Origin: Acholeplasmataceae bacterium
GTDB taxonomy: Bacteria; Bacillota_I; Bacilli_A; Acholeplasmatales; Acholeplasmataceae
DNA length: 64,000 nt
Direction of reading: 5' to 3'
Assembly (NCBI GenBank): GCA_963675245.1
Contig: OY775910.1
Location: 224,001-288,000 of the forward strand
Positions within the stretch are counted from its first letter, which is position 1. Every line of letters starts with the position of its first letter. A program made the position numbers and the translations under genes. Of this stretch, positions 1-10,103 are shown piece by piece. The notes beneath the pieces are model-generated. The model was not told the origin of the DNA and did not search any database. It worked only from the letters and a program-made list of their open reading frames with translations.

Positions 1-177
1 ACCTAATGCCACAAGTCCTACAAACGTACTTGGTGCTGGTTTATCATAGTTGTCTAAGTGAATTTTCCCTTCTGTGAATTGTTGAATGTCTAAGTAAATA
101 GTATTTTCTTCTACTTTAATGACAGTCCCTTCTACGATTTGTCCCCGTTTCAATACACTGATGTGCTCCATGTTCAT
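1..177 (-). CDS. rpsA: 30S ribosomal protein S1 / S1 RNA-binding domain protein (5' part only, runs off the window)
   Basis: Manual translation from ATG 177: MNMEHISVLKRGQIVEGTVIKVEENTIYLDIQQFTEGKIHL..., an S1-domain pattern. ATGA overlap with the cmk stop; cmk-rpsA order is conserved. Confidence 0.8.
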   Translation of the reverse strand, partial: MNMEHISVLKRGQIVEGTVIKVEENTIYLDIQQFTEGKIHLDNYDKPAPSTFVGLVALG

Positions 178-830
178 TCTCCTTCTGATCTTAAAAGATC
201 CACTATCTTATCGACAACTTGGTCGATATTTAAATATGTTGTGTCTATAATGATTGCATCATCTGCTTTTTTAAGCGGTGATGCTTTACGCGTTGAATCT
301 TTCATATCACGCGTTTCGATTTCTTCGATTAACTTATCAATCGAAGCTTCTTTACCTTTTTTTAAATTTTCTTTATGTCTTCTTTTCGCACGTTCTGTTA
401 CATCTGCGATGAGAAATATTTTTAAATCAGCATGTGGCAAAACCACTGTTCCGATATCTCTACCGTCCATGATGATATTACCGTCTTCAGCTGCTTTTTG
501 TTGTAATTCAACCAATTTCTCTCTGACATATGGGAAACTTGAGACTAAAGAGACGTTGGATGTGACCGCGTTCGATCGAATATCTTCAGTAACATCTCTA
601 TCATCTATATAAATACGATTTTCATCATAATGAATACGTATCGATTCTAAAAATTGATAAGCGGATTCATCATTTAAATCAATACCTAATTCGATGGCTT
701 CAAGCGTTACCGCGCGATACATGGCACCCGTATCAATATGCGTCCAGCCAAGTCGACGTGCAATGGTTGCACTAATCGTACTTTTACCAGATCCCGCTGG
801 TCCGTCAATGGCCAGTTTAAATCCAGACAT
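174..830 (-). CDS. cmk: cytidylate kinase
   Basis: AIDGPAGSGKST P-loop, DTGAMYRA, DGRDIGTVV. Start placed at ATG 830 after a GGAGG RBS (ORF track extends to 866). Confidence 0.96.
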   Translation of the reverse strand: MSGFKLAIDGPAGSGKSTISATIARRLGWTHIDTGAMYRAVTLEAIELGIDLNDESAYQFLESIRIHYDENRIYIDDRDVTEDIRSNAVTSNVSLVSSFPYVREKLVELQQKAAEDGNIIMDGRDIGTVVLPHADLKIFLIADVTERAKRRHKENLKKGKEASIDKLIEEIETRDMKDSTRKASPLKKADDAIIIDTTYLNIDQVVDKIVDLLRSEGE

Positions 831-889
831 GTGTTTCCTCCATACATAGTTAATTATAACATACATTAAAGCTTCTTAAAACATCAATC

Positions 890-1624
890 TTACTTTTTTA
901 CACCCTTATGTGCATATAACTTTTTGACTTCATGGACCTTTAAAGGGCGATATTTACCACGTTCAACACCATCTAGTGTTAGAAAATCGTAACGAACCCT
1001 TGTTAAGTTTTTAACTGGGTATCCTAGTGCATCAAAAAGCTTTCTAACTTCTCTGTTTCTTCCTTCGGTTAAAACAATCCCTAATAATGACGATTGATGA
1101 TCTTTATCTAATGAGATTAGATGTACATATTTGGGTTTAGCAAAATGTCCATCTTCAAGCGTCAATCCACCTCTTAATTTGACAACATCTTTTCTAATGA
1201 CAATCCCTTTAACTCGTACAATATATTCTTTTTCAACTTCATGTGATGGATGCATCAGTATATTTGATAACTCTCCATCATTTGTTAAAAGTATTAAACC
1301 AGCAGAATCACCATCTAGGCGTCCTACAGGATAAAGTCTATTTTTTTTCATGTCTTCATCTAATAAATCAATGACTGTCTTTCTACCTTTTTCATCTTTT
1401 GTTGTAGAAATATATCCCGCTGGTTTATTAAGCAAAAAATACTGATATTCAGCACGTATAATTAAATGATCATCAACCATAATTTCATCTTTTTCAGATA
1501 CAATTATACCCATTTCTGTCACAACTTGGCCGTTGACTTTAACACGTCCTTCAGCAATCATTACTTCTGCTTTACGACGCGATGCTACATTCGAATGTGC
1601 TAATACTTTTTGGAGTCTTTCCAT
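890..1624 (-). CDS. rluB: RsuA/RluB-family rRNA pseudouridine synthase
   Basis: S4 domain ERLQKVLA..SRRKAE, catalytic GRLD, LLTNDG, EGRNREVR. Start at ATG 1624. Confidence 0.85.
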   Translation of the reverse strand: MERLQKVLAHSNVASRRKAEVMIAEGRVKVNGQVVTEMGIIVSEKDEIMVDDHLIIRAEYQYFLLNKPAGYISTTKDEKGRKTVIDLLDEDMKKNRLYPVGRLDGDSAGLILLTNDGELSNILMHPSHEVEKEYIVRVKGIVIRKDVVKLRGGLTLEDGHFAKPKYVHLISLDKDHQSSLLGIVLTEGRNREVRKLFDALGYPVKNLTRVRYDFLTLDGVERGKYRPLKVHEVKKLYAHKGVKK

Positions 1625-1661
1625 GTTATTCACCCTCATCTATTATAGCATACAAACCAAG

Positions 1662-1684
1662 AAAAAAGGACAGCACGCTGTCCT
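1662..1684 (-). terminator. intrinsic terminator after efp
   Basis: AGGACAGC/GCTGTCCT inverted repeat followed by a T-tract on the minus strand. Confidence 0.75.
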
Positions 1685-2249
1685 AATTATTGTCTCTTGA
1701 AACGTAAGATCCGTCGTTTGTATTAACAATAATTTTTTCGCCTTGTTCAATAAACATTGGTACTTTTACTAGTAAACCTGTTTGCATGATAGCATCTTTC
1801 AATGCGTTTGTTTTGGTATCGCCTTTTACAGCTGGGTCAGCTTCTACAACTTGAAGTGATACTTTATCAGGTAAAATAACACCTAATATTTCACGGCCAT
1901 CGTAGAACATAACATCAACACTCATACCTTCATAAATGTATTTAAGTTCGTTTTCGATTTGTGGTTGATGTATTTCTAGTTGTTCATATGTGTCATTATT
2001 CATAAATACATGATAATCGCCATTTGCGTATAAATACTGCATGGACATTTTATCGATTTGGGCACGTTCAACTTTCGTGCCTGAGTTAAATGTATAATCA
2101 ATAACTGATCCAGTTCGTAAATTCCTTAATTTTGTACGTACAAACGCACTGCCTTTACCAGGTTTAACATGCATGAATTCAATCACTTGAAAAAGGTTGC
2201 CTTCCCAAACAATTGTTTGTCCAGTTTTAAAATCATTCGTTGAGATCAT
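1683..2249 (-). CDS. efp: elongation factor P
   Basis: HVKPGKGSAFVRTKL, VKGDT, VPMFI, YVSR motifs. Confidence 0.98.
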   Translation of the reverse strand: MISTNDFKTGQTIVWEGNLFQVIEFMHVKPGKGSAFVRTKLRNLRTGSVIDYTFNSGTKVERAQIDKMSMQYLYANGDYHVFMNNDTYEQLEIHQPQIENELKYIYEGMSVDVMFYDGREILGVILPDKVSLQVVEADPAVKGDTKTNALKDAIMQTGLLVKVPMFIEQGEKIIVNTNDGSYVSRDNN

Positions 2250-2301
2250 AAATTATATTCCTTTCCTCAATTCCTCTACCATTATACATGAAACTTAATG
2301 T

Positions 2302-2730
2302 CTAAACAACAAGTTCTTTTAGAAAGTCAATCGCTTCGACATAGCTATCTATTTTCTTACCCATAAAACGACCATCGACAACATCAAAAATATAATCTAC
2401 TCTTCTAAAATCTTCTCGCTCTTCAATATTTGATAAATGAACTTCAGCTTTTGGAATATGAATCATATCCAGTGCATCTCTAATGGCAATAGATGTATGG
2501 GTATATGCACCAGGATTAATCAATATCGCATCATATTCACCATCAATCGTTTCTTGAATCACTTCAATTAATTCACCTTCAAAATTTGACTGAAAGTAAG
2601 TGAAATCAATATCAAGATAATAATCAGATAATTCATCGTAAAGATCTTCTAATGTAAAAGATCCGTATTGACGTTCATCCCGGTAACCTAACATATTTAA
2701 GTTAGGTCCATGAATCACCAACAATTTCAT
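2302..2730 (-). CDS. aroQ: type II 3-dehydroquinate dehydratase
   Basis: HGPNLNMLGYR, QSNFEGELI, NPGAYTHTSIAIRDA, EVHLSNI. Confidence 0.96.
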   Translation of the reverse strand: MKLLVIHGPNLNMLGYRDERQYGSFTLEDLYDELSDYYLDIDFTYFQSNFEGELIEVIQETIDGEYDAILINPGAYTHTSIAIRDALDMIHIPKAEVHLSNIEEREDFRRVDYIFDVVDGRFMGKKIDSYVEAIDFLKELVV

Positions 2731-3218
2731 TTGTATTCCTCATTTCTCATATAGTTTAACATCACATTAACTGTTTGGTCGACATCAACATTCCCATTAA
2801 TAACAACATCAGCGAAATCTTGATATTTTAAATAGCGTTCATCAAAAAGTTGTTCTAATGTTTTCTTTAATAACAATGGTCTTTGATAATCATGTTCTAA
2901 ACGTTCTTTAATGACATCAATATCTGTATCTAAGTAAAACGTTAAACCATGCATCAACGCTTTATTGTTCTTATCAATGACTATACCACCACCACAAGCA
3001 ACAACGACATTATCACCTTCAACATGTTTAAGTGCTTCTGTTTCTAATCTTCTAAATGTTTTTTCTCCATGACGTTCAAAAATCTCCTCAATAAACATCA
3101 AAGCATCTTTTTCAATCGTAGCATCCAAATCAATAAATTGATAATGAAGTGCATCAGCTAAATGTTTGGCAATGGTAGACTTTCCTGATCCTGGCATCCC
3201 TATTAAAAATAAGCGCAT
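2727..3218 (-). CDS. aroK: shikimate kinase
   Basis: GMPGSGKST, DLD, GEKTFRRLE, CGGG, RPLL. Confidence 0.95.
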   Translation of the reverse strand: MRLFLIGMPGSGKSTIAKHLADALHYQFIDLDATIEKDALMFIEEIFERHGEKTFRRLETEALKHVEGDNVVVACGGGIVIDKNNKALMHGLTFYLDTDIDVIKERLEHDYQRPLLLKKTLEQLFDERYLKYQDFADVVINGNVDVDQTVNVMLNYMRNEEYK

Positions 3219-3219
3219 A

Positions 3220-4092
3220 CTAAACTCCTTTTAAAAATGCATTCACATGGTTTAATGCTGTATCAAATAAAGCGTCATCTGTCGCATCTAATATAACAGC
3301 ATGCATCTGATTTAAAAACCATGTTTTTTGTTTTTTCGCTAATCTTCTACTGTTTTTGACAATATCTTTTTTAGCTTGTTCTAAATCAATTAAACCATCA
3401 AGATATTGATCCATTTCTCGATAACCTATCGCGTTGATCTTAATACCTTCATGGAAAAGCATTTTGGCTTCTTCTAAAAACCCTTCTTCAAACATCGCTT
3501 CAAGTCGCTTTTCTAAACGTTTCTCTAATAAATCTCGATCCATATCTAGATATAAAATCAGCGCATCATAAAGGGGTGTATCTTTACCCATTTTAGATGA
3601 TCTAGGTTTTCCTGCTTTTGCCATTGCCAAAGCACGAAGTAAACGTCTTCGATTCATTTCATCAATATTAATATTAGGATCAAGTGATTTAACTAATGCT
3701 GCAATATCTTCTGTTGAATAATTTTTATATGCTTCTTCAAAAGCATTGTTTCTTTCAGGATCATCAAAGATGTAATCATAAAGAGTTGCTTTAATATATA
3801 ACCCTGTACCACCTGAAATAATGGGTATATCAAGCGTTTCAATTAAGGCTCTAGCATCTTGTTGAAAATGGTAAACCGAATAATTTTCATTGACATCTCT
3901 AATATCAATCAAATGGTGTTTCACGCCATCCATCTCATGAGGTTTCAATTTAGCAGAGCCGATATCTAGTTTCCGATAAACTTGAACAGAATCACCATTA
4001 ATAACATCTGTATGAAGTGTTTTTGCAAGTTTAACTGATAGTCCACTTTTACCAGTAGCAGTTGGCCCAACAATCACAATCACTTTTTTCAT
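3220..4092 (-). CDS. miaA: tRNA dimethylallyltransferase
   Basis: GPTATGKS, DSVQVYRKLDIGSAK, GGTGLY, AIGYRE, LAKKQKTWF. Confidence 0.97.
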   Translation of the reverse strand: MKKVIVIVGPTATGKSGLSVKLAKTLHTDVINGDSVQVYRKLDIGSAKLKPHEMDGVKHHLIDIRDVNENYSVYHFQQDARALIETLDIPIISGGTGLYIKATLYDYIFDDPERNNAFEEAYKNYSTEDIAALVKSLDPNINIDEMNRRRLLRALAMAKAGKPRSSKMGKDTPLYDALILYLDMDRDLLEKRLEKRLEAMFEEGFLEEAKMLFHEGIKINAIGYREMDQYLDGLIDLEQAKKDIVKNSRRLAKKQKTWFLNQMHAVILDATDDALFDTALNHVNAFLKGV

Positions 4093-5756
4093 ACGATTCG
4101 TTTAAACATCTTTTCGATGTCTGCCAATGATAATTTGATGATTGTAGGTCTTCCGTGTGGACATGAATACGGATTTTGACAACGAGATAATTCTTTAACT
4201 AAATGATCAATTTCAATGCGGTTTAAAGATTTATTAGCTTTAATTGCACCTTTACAACTCACATCTTTCGCTAAATCATCTCTTAATTTTTTCAAATCAA
4301 TTTTTTCATTTTCAGATATCATTTGAACCATGGATTCAATCGCAATATCCACTTCATGTTCTCGTAACCATGTTGGATTTCCTTTTAATTGACCTTGAAC
4401 AAATTTAAATCCATAAGATAATAATTCTTTCTCATGGGAATTAATGACATTTATATCCGCTGAAGTAAGGTCTAAATCAATCGGTATAATACGTTCATTT
4501 ATAGCGAAGGTTGGTTGTGCTAACGCATCATAGTAATGTTCATATCTAATCCGTTCTGCAGCAGCATGTTGATCCATTAAATAAAGACCTGTTTCATTTT
4601 GAAATAATAGATATGTCCCTGCAAAAGTACCAACATATTCCAAATAAGGTAGTTTTTGAAGGGGTTTGTCTTCTAACTTAAGACTTTCTTCTTCCATAAA
4701 CAAAGATTGTGGTGTAAACGATTCTGGTATTTTATGAATGTCTGTCAATGTTTCTCTTATCGCTTGAGGTTTACCCACCAATGATTCTTTGACAAATTTC
4801 TCAACATAAAAAGCTAAAAGAGATTCATTGACGAGTCTTACTTCAAGCTTTTGTGGATGAACATTCACATCCAATAAGCTGGGATCCATATGTAAATAAA
4901 TCATAGCGATTGGGTATTTTCCGACCATTAAAAAACTATGATAACCATCAATGATGGCTTGTGTTAATTTATAATTTTTAACAAATCTACCATTTATAAA
5001 AATTGATATATCTTTTTTTCTGGAACGGACTATTTTTGGATTCATCAGATAGCCTTTAATTTCTATCTTTTGAACCTCTTCAGTAAATGAGATCATATGC
5101 TCGGTCACTTTTGAACCGTAGACGTGATCAATCAATTGTTTCATATGACCATTACCCACGGTCTCTTTAACAAGCTTATCATCAATAAAAAGACGCATCG
5201 CAATCTTTGGATTAGCTAGTGCTAAGCGATCAAACGTATCGATAAGGGCATAGCGTTCAGCTTGTTCACTTTTAATATATTTAAATCGTGCTGGTGTATT
5301 ATAAAAAAGATCTGTAACCGTTAACGATGTGCCGACATTAGCAGCACATTTTTTTTGACTCACTATTTGACCGGCATGAAGCGCTAAAGAAATCCCCTCA
5401 ACCATATCTTTCGTTTTCGTTATGATATCAATTTTAGAAACAGCACTAATAGCAGCAAGTGCTTCACCTCTAAATCCAAGCGTATGAATATGTGATAAAT
5501 CACCTTCGCTTTGTATCTTGGATGTTGCGTGTCTTTCAAAAGCGAGTGACGCATCTTCTTGATCCATGCCATATCCATTATCTGAAACACGTATAAAAGA
5601 CATACCGATATCTTTAATCTCGATATCGATGGTTGTCGCTTCAGCATCTATGGCATTTTCAATGAGTTCTTTCATCACCGAACTTGGTCGATCGACTACT
5701 TCACCAGCAGCAATCATATCTGCCAATCTCGGATTCATCTTAATAATCGATGGCAT
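4089..5756 (-). CDS. mutL: DNA mismatch repair endonuclease MutL
   Basis: IAAGEVV, KELIENAIDA, GFRGEAL; endonuclease motifs DQHAAAERIRYE, SCK, CPHGRP. Confidence 0.98.
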   Translation of the reverse strand: MPSIIKMNPRLADMIAAGEVVDRPSSVMKELIENAIDAEATTIDIEIKDIGMSFIRVSDNGYGMDQEDASLAFERHATSKIQSEGDLSHIHTLGFRGEALAAISAVSKIDIITKTKDMVEGISLALHAGQIVSQKKCAANVGTSLTVTDLFYNTPARFKYIKSEQAERYALIDTFDRLALANPKIAMRLFIDDKLVKETVGNGHMKQLIDHVYGSKVTEHMISFTEEVQKIEIKGYLMNPKIVRSRKKDISIFINGRFVKNYKLTQAIIDGYHSFLMVGKYPIAMIYLHMDPSLLDVNVHPQKLEVRLVNESLLAFYVEKFVKESLVGKPQAIRETLTDIHKIPESFTPQSLFMEEESLKLEDKPLQKLPYLEYVGTFAGTYLLFQNETGLYLMDQHAAAERIRYEHYYDALAQPTFAINERIIPIDLDLTSADINVINSHEKELLSYGFKFVQGQLKGNPTWLREHEVDIAIESMVQMISENEKIDLKKLRDDLAKDVSCKGAIKANKSLNRIEIDHLVKELSRCQNPYSCPHGRPTIIKLSLADIEKMFKRIV

Positions 5757-5757
5757 A

Positions 5758-8283
5758 TTATGATTCCTTTTTCTTTAATTTTTCTTGTAAATGCTTAACC
5801 AACAATAAAGCTTCTATTGGTGAGAGGTTATCTGTATTAACCTGTTCAACTTCTTTTAAGACATCTTGCTCATCTAATGATAAGGCTTGTGTTATACTTT
5901 CTTCAAATTCATCATAGTTAAAAAGATCAAGCATTACTTTGATTTCTTTTTCTTCAAACTTGGCTAATATAACTTTCGCTCTCGCGATTAAACTTTGAGG
6001 TAGATGAGCTAAAGAGGCAACTTGAATACCATAGGATTTATCGGTTGTTCCTTTTTCAACATGATGTAAGAACACCATGGTGTCTTTTTCTTCTTTCGCT
6101 TTAACACATAAATTTGTTAATCTTGATAAACTTTCTTCAAGAACTGTTAACTCATGATAGTGCGTAGAGAATAACGTTTGTGCACCAATTTTCTCATGAA
6201 TATATTCAATCATTGATTGTGCAAGTGCCATACCATCATATGTAGCAGTTCCTCTTCCTATTTCATCAAATAAAATGAGTGATTGCTCGGTTGCTCTTGA
6301 TAATGCTTCATTTGATTCAACCATTTCTACCATAAATGTTGATTTACCACCTGAAAGATCATCAGATGATCCAATCCTCGTAAATAGTGCATCATAAATA
6401 GGAAGCGTTGCTTGATTTGCTGGTACAAATGACCCGCATTGTGCCATGAAGATAATCATCGCGAACATTCTCATATAGGTTGATTTACCACTCATGTTAG
6501 GACCAGTAATCAAAAATATTTCACCTTTGTACATCACAACATCATTCTTAATGAATGTCGTAAACTGCTCAACAACGGGGTGTCTTCCACCTATGACATT
6601 GACATGTCTTTCATGTGTCAACGTAGGTCTTATATAACGATTTTTTTCTGCCACAACAGCTAATGATAAGAAGCAATCAATTTTAGCAATATTGTTAGCG
6701 AGCACCTGCAAACGATGTGTGAATGTTTCCGCATAACTTCTAATCTCTTTAAATAACTCATATTCTAATGCCTGACTCTTTTCTTCTGCATGCAAAAGAA
6801 CTTCTTCTTTTTCTTTTAATATCGGAGAAATGTATCTTTCACTATTCGCAAGCGTTTGTTTACGTTCATAGCCATATTCGTCTTTAACGAGTACAGCATT
6901 GCCTTTAGAGACCTCAATATAATAACCAAAGACACGATTATAACCCACTCTTAAATTTTTAATACCGGTTTTTTCTCGTTCATTGGCTTCAAATTGTGTT
7001 AACCACGCTTTACCATTTTTAGCAACATCTCTTAATTCATCAAGTGCTTCATTGAAACCACGTTTAATCATACCGCCTTCTTTAACAGAAAGTGGTGGTG
7101 TTTCATGAATCGCTTTATCAAGATATGTGAATAATTCATTGTGATCATCAAGTTGATTAGAAAGTTCTTTTACAATCGGACTATCATACATTAATAACGC
7201 ATTCTTTAAATCAGGAATTTGTTTTAACGTCTCTTTTAATTGATCTAAATCTCTCGCATTAACGGTTTGAAAAGCGACACGACCAACAATGCGATTAATA
7301 TCATAAATCGCTTTTAAGTGTTCAATCACAACGTCACGTGGATCATAAGGCATTAATGCTTCAATCAAATCGTAACGCTCTTCAAGTTTTTTCTTATCCT
7401 TTAAGGGTTGATGAAAAATACTCTTTAAATAACGAGCACCCATTGCTGTATGGGTTTTATTTAACCAATGCATGAGCGTGGTTTGTTGTTGGTTTACAAG
7501 TGACTCATGGATTTCCAAATGATTAAGTACACGATAATCAACTTGCATATGACTTACTTTATCCACGACTTCAAAAGGCATTAAATGGTTAATGTCTTGT
7601 TTTTGTGTATCTAATAAATAATGTAGCAAGTGAGAAACTGCACGTTTTTGTTCTCGTGTGAGATGATGAGTTGTTTTTTGATCAATGACATCCCCTTGAG
7701 CTTGATAAGATATCAAAATACCCTCATCTTTTAAAGTCTTAACAAACGACTCATCAAAATGATGATATAACACAATTTCTAATATCTTTAAACTTCTAAT
7801 CAAGTCTAACGTTTCTCTTTTATCTAGTTGATCTGTGATATATGATTCACCTGTAGAGATATCAACATATGTTAATGCATACCCTTTTTCTGTTAATAAC
7901 ACACTACCGATATAATTGTTTGAGTCTGTATCTAAAATACCATCTTCAAAAACTGTACCTGGTGTAATAAGTCTAATGACTTCACGTTTAACAAGTCCTT
8001 TACCAGGAGGAGTGATTTGCTCAGCAATCGCAATCTTAAATCCTTTTTCAATGAGTTTTTGAACATATGGTTTAACGGCATGATAGGGAATTCCACACAT
8101 CGGAACTTTTGATCCTGCATCTCTTGACGTCAATGCAATTTCTAACACTTTAGATGCTAATATTGCATCATCAAAAAACATTTCATAGAAATCGCCTAAG
8201 CGAAAGAAGACTATCGCATCTGCGTAGTCTTCTTTTATCTTGAGATATTGTTGCATCATCGGCGTATAATCGGTTGCTTTCAT
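5758..8283 (-). CDS. mutS: DNA mismatch repair protein MutS
   Basis: TPMMQQY, GDFYEMF, TGPNMSGKSTYMR, STFMVEM, DEIGRGT, SYGIQVA. Confidence 0.98.
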   Translation of the reverse strand: MKATDYTPMMQQYLKIKEDYADAIVFFRLGDFYEMFFDDAILASKVLEIALTSRDAGSKVPMCGIPYHAVKPYVQKLIEKGFKIAIAEQITPPGKGLVKREVIRLITPGTVFEDGILDTDSNNYIGSVLLTEKGYALTYVDISTGESYITDQLDKRETLDLIRSLKILEIVLYHHFDESFVKTLKDEGILISYQAQGDVIDQKTTHHLTREQKRAVSHLLHYLLDTQKQDINHLMPFEVVDKVSHMQVDYRVLNHLEIHESLVNQQQTTLMHWLNKTHTAMGARYLKSIFHQPLKDKKKLEERYDLIEALMPYDPRDVVIEHLKAIYDINRIVGRVAFQTVNARDLDQLKETLKQIPDLKNALLMYDSPIVKELSNQLDDHNELFTYLDKAIHETPPLSVKEGGMIKRGFNEALDELRDVAKNGKAWLTQFEANEREKTGIKNLRVGYNRVFGYYIEVSKGNAVLVKDEYGYERKQTLANSERYISPILKEKEEVLLHAEEKSQALEYELFKEIRSYAETFTHRLQVLANNIAKIDCFLSLAVVAEKNRYIRPTLTHERHVNVIGGRHPVVEQFTTFIKNDVVMYKGEIFLITGPNMSGKSTYMRMFAMIIFMAQCGSFVPANQATLPIYDALFTRIGSSDDLSGGKSTFMVEMVESNEALSRATEQSLILFDEIGRGTATYDGMALAQSMIEYIHEKIGAQTLFSTHYHELTVLEESLSRLTNLCVKAKEEKDTMVFLHHVEKGTTDKSYGIQVASLAHLPQSLIARAKVILAKFEEKEIKVMLDLFNYDEFEESITQALSLDEQDVLKEVEQVNTDNLSPIEALLLVKHLQEKLKKKES

Positions 8284-8304
8284 AATGCCACCTTTACTTA
8301 CAAA

Positions 8305-9999
8305 TTATTGAGCTGGTGTTAGATTCAACGTATTTTCCAAGAAATTAAAGTAGTGTTCTAAAATACCATAACTACCAATCTTAAATCCATTAATGGCATT
8401 GGTAATACCATCTAAGAATGGAATGGATGTAAAGAAATCAAGCGCGCCATATAGGGCTAACAAGACAATAGCAACTACCAAAAATGGTAGTACAATCTTT
8501 AACAATAAAACCTTTAAGAACTTAAGAATAAATAATCCAGTTTTCTTAAGTGCTTTGATTTCACCAGGTGTATCATCTTCAACGCCTTCTTCTTCAAGCT
8601 TTTGTTTTTCAACAAATGCTTCACGTTCTTTGATTTCACTCTTCATGATTTTTCCGAAGTTCTTTGAAGTGCCTGCAAACTCAGCGGTGTTAACGACGAT
8701 TGGTTCACCTTTTTCTGGATAAACCTCATATGAAGGTTCTTCAGGTTCAACCACATCTTCTTGTACTGGTTGATCTATAATAGGTTTGTTAATTTTTGCC
8801 TTTTCAACTGGTGGTTCTTCCTTAACAGATTCAGGTTTCTTTGAAAGTTCTGCAATCGTTTCTCTTAACGCTTTTACTTCAGCTACCAAAGCATCTAGAT
8901 TCACATTTTGTTGAATGACTTGAACAGGTTCTTTTTCGATAACTTTGTCTGGAACTGTTTTAATTTCTTCTTCAACTTTTGGTTCTTCTTCAACGATTTG
9001 TACAGGTTCTTCTTTAATTGGTTCTTCATCAGCTTCAGAAGCTATTTCTGGTTCAGGAGCAACTGGCTCTTCCTCTTTAACAGGCTCAGGTTCTGGAATA
9101 GGTGCAGGTTCTTCTTCAATTTCATCTGAAATCTCTTCAATTTCCTGATCGTATGCAGCAATTGAACTTGGTACAAAATAAGCTTCTCTTGTTTCTTTTG
9201 CGTTCTTTAAAATATATTCAATAATTTCTTCTTTTTTAAGTTCAGTGGATGCTTTGATGTCATGATCAATAGCAAACCTTTGTAAAACTAAAACGGACAT
9301 CGAATTAATTTGATTTTCAAGTGCTTGTGTATATTCACCTCTATCTTTTAATTCTTTGATAATAATGTCAGCGAGTTCATTTTTCTTTAATCGTCTTGGT
9401 ACTTTTACACCATATTTAGTCCCAAGATCACGCACTTCTGATAAGGTGGAACTCTTATATAAAACTGGTCTAATCTTTTGTGGAGACAAACCATCAATAC
9501 GATTAAACGAATCATAAAAGAGCACACTCAATGTACGATTATATGTTTTAATATCAGGAAGAACTAACCCTTTGTCTTTAGCATAAGCGACACTTTGATC
9601 AATGAGTTTTTTGATGTCATTTGGTGGTACTTGCTTATCAGACATATATCCTAATAAGTCTGTCCAAAAACTATTTAAGAAATCTCTTATTAATTGCTCA
9701 TCATCAAAAAACACGAGTAAATTCTCAAGTTGTGTTTCACTGAATTCAGCAAACCACGATAACCGATAATTAAGCTCATCAGCAAGCGTACCTCTTGATT
9801 TTCTTGTTTCTGCGACACGTTGTCTTAACGTTTCTTTTAAAACATAGATACGAAGCTCACGAGGTATGGTTAATCCGATTTTTTGAAAGAAACTAACGAC
9901 TTGTTCTGCAGGCAAGTACGGTAATGTCTTTATAAGTTCTTCAATTGTAATCTCTTTGGTGCCAACCTTAATTACGCTATCCTTACTTAATTTTGGCAT
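8305..9999 (-). CDS. hypothetical membrane-anchored protein with repeated Rho-N/HeH-like motifs and an acidic Pro/Glu-rich linker
   Basis: 564-aa ORF with a GGAGGG RBS. It has motifs resembling Rho_N, an E/P-rich low-complexity middle, and a C-terminal hydrophobic helix (IVLPFLVVAIVLLALYGAL). Confidence 0.6.
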   Translation of the reverse strand: MPKLSKDSVIKVGTKEITIEELIKTLPYLPAEQVVSFFQKIGLTIPRELRIYVLKETLRQRVAETRKSRGTLADELNYRLSWFAEFSETQLENLLVFFDDEQLIRDFLNSFWTDLLGYMSDKQVPPNDIKKLIDQSVAYAKDKGLVLPDIKTYNRTLSVLFYDSFNRIDGLSPQKIRPVLYKSSTLSEVRDLGTKYGVKVPRRLKKNELADIIIKELKDRGEYTQALENQINSMSVLVLQRFAIDHDIKASTELKKEEIIEYILKNAKETREAYFVPSSIAAYDQEIEEISDEIEEEPAPIPEPEPVKEEEPVAPEPEIASEADEEPIKEEPVQIVEEEPKVEEEIKTVPDKVIEKEPVQVIQQNVNLDALVAEVKALRETIAELSKKPESVKEEPPVEKAKINKPIIDQPVQEDVVEPEEPSYEVYPEKGEPIVVNTAEFAGTSKNFGKIMKSEIKEREAFVEKQKLEEEGVEDDTPGEIKALKKTGLFILKFLKVLLLKIVLPFLVVAIVLLALYGALDFFTSIPFLDGITNAINGFKIGSYGILEHYFNFLENTLNLTPAQ

Positions 10000-10028
10000 A
10001 CGATCCCTCCATTGCTCTCTTTATCTCT

Positions 10029-10057
10029 ATATTACATTTTTTTTAAAAAATGTGCAA
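10029..10057 (-). promoter_or_regulatory. sigma70-type promoter for hypothetical-mutS-mutL-miaA cluster
   Basis: TTGCAC (10057-10052), 17-nt spacer, TAATAT (10034-10029) on the minus strand. Confidence 0.55.
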
Positions 10058-10103
10058 GTTAAAAACGTTAGAGAGCCCTTATATAAGGCGATTTCCCATT
10101 TTA

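Noticed and set aside
8393..9148. Plus-strand ORFs rich in Ser/Phe (8393-8722, 8908-9129, 8945-9148)
   Set aside because: Antisense shadows of the Glu/Pro-rich linker of the 564-aa gene; no RBS or independent features.
8700..9150. Repetitive GAAGAACC-like sequence suggesting a tandem repeat or CRISPR array
   Set aside because: It reflects EEP codons in a low-complexity protein linker; there are no fixed-length repeats with spacers and no cas genes.
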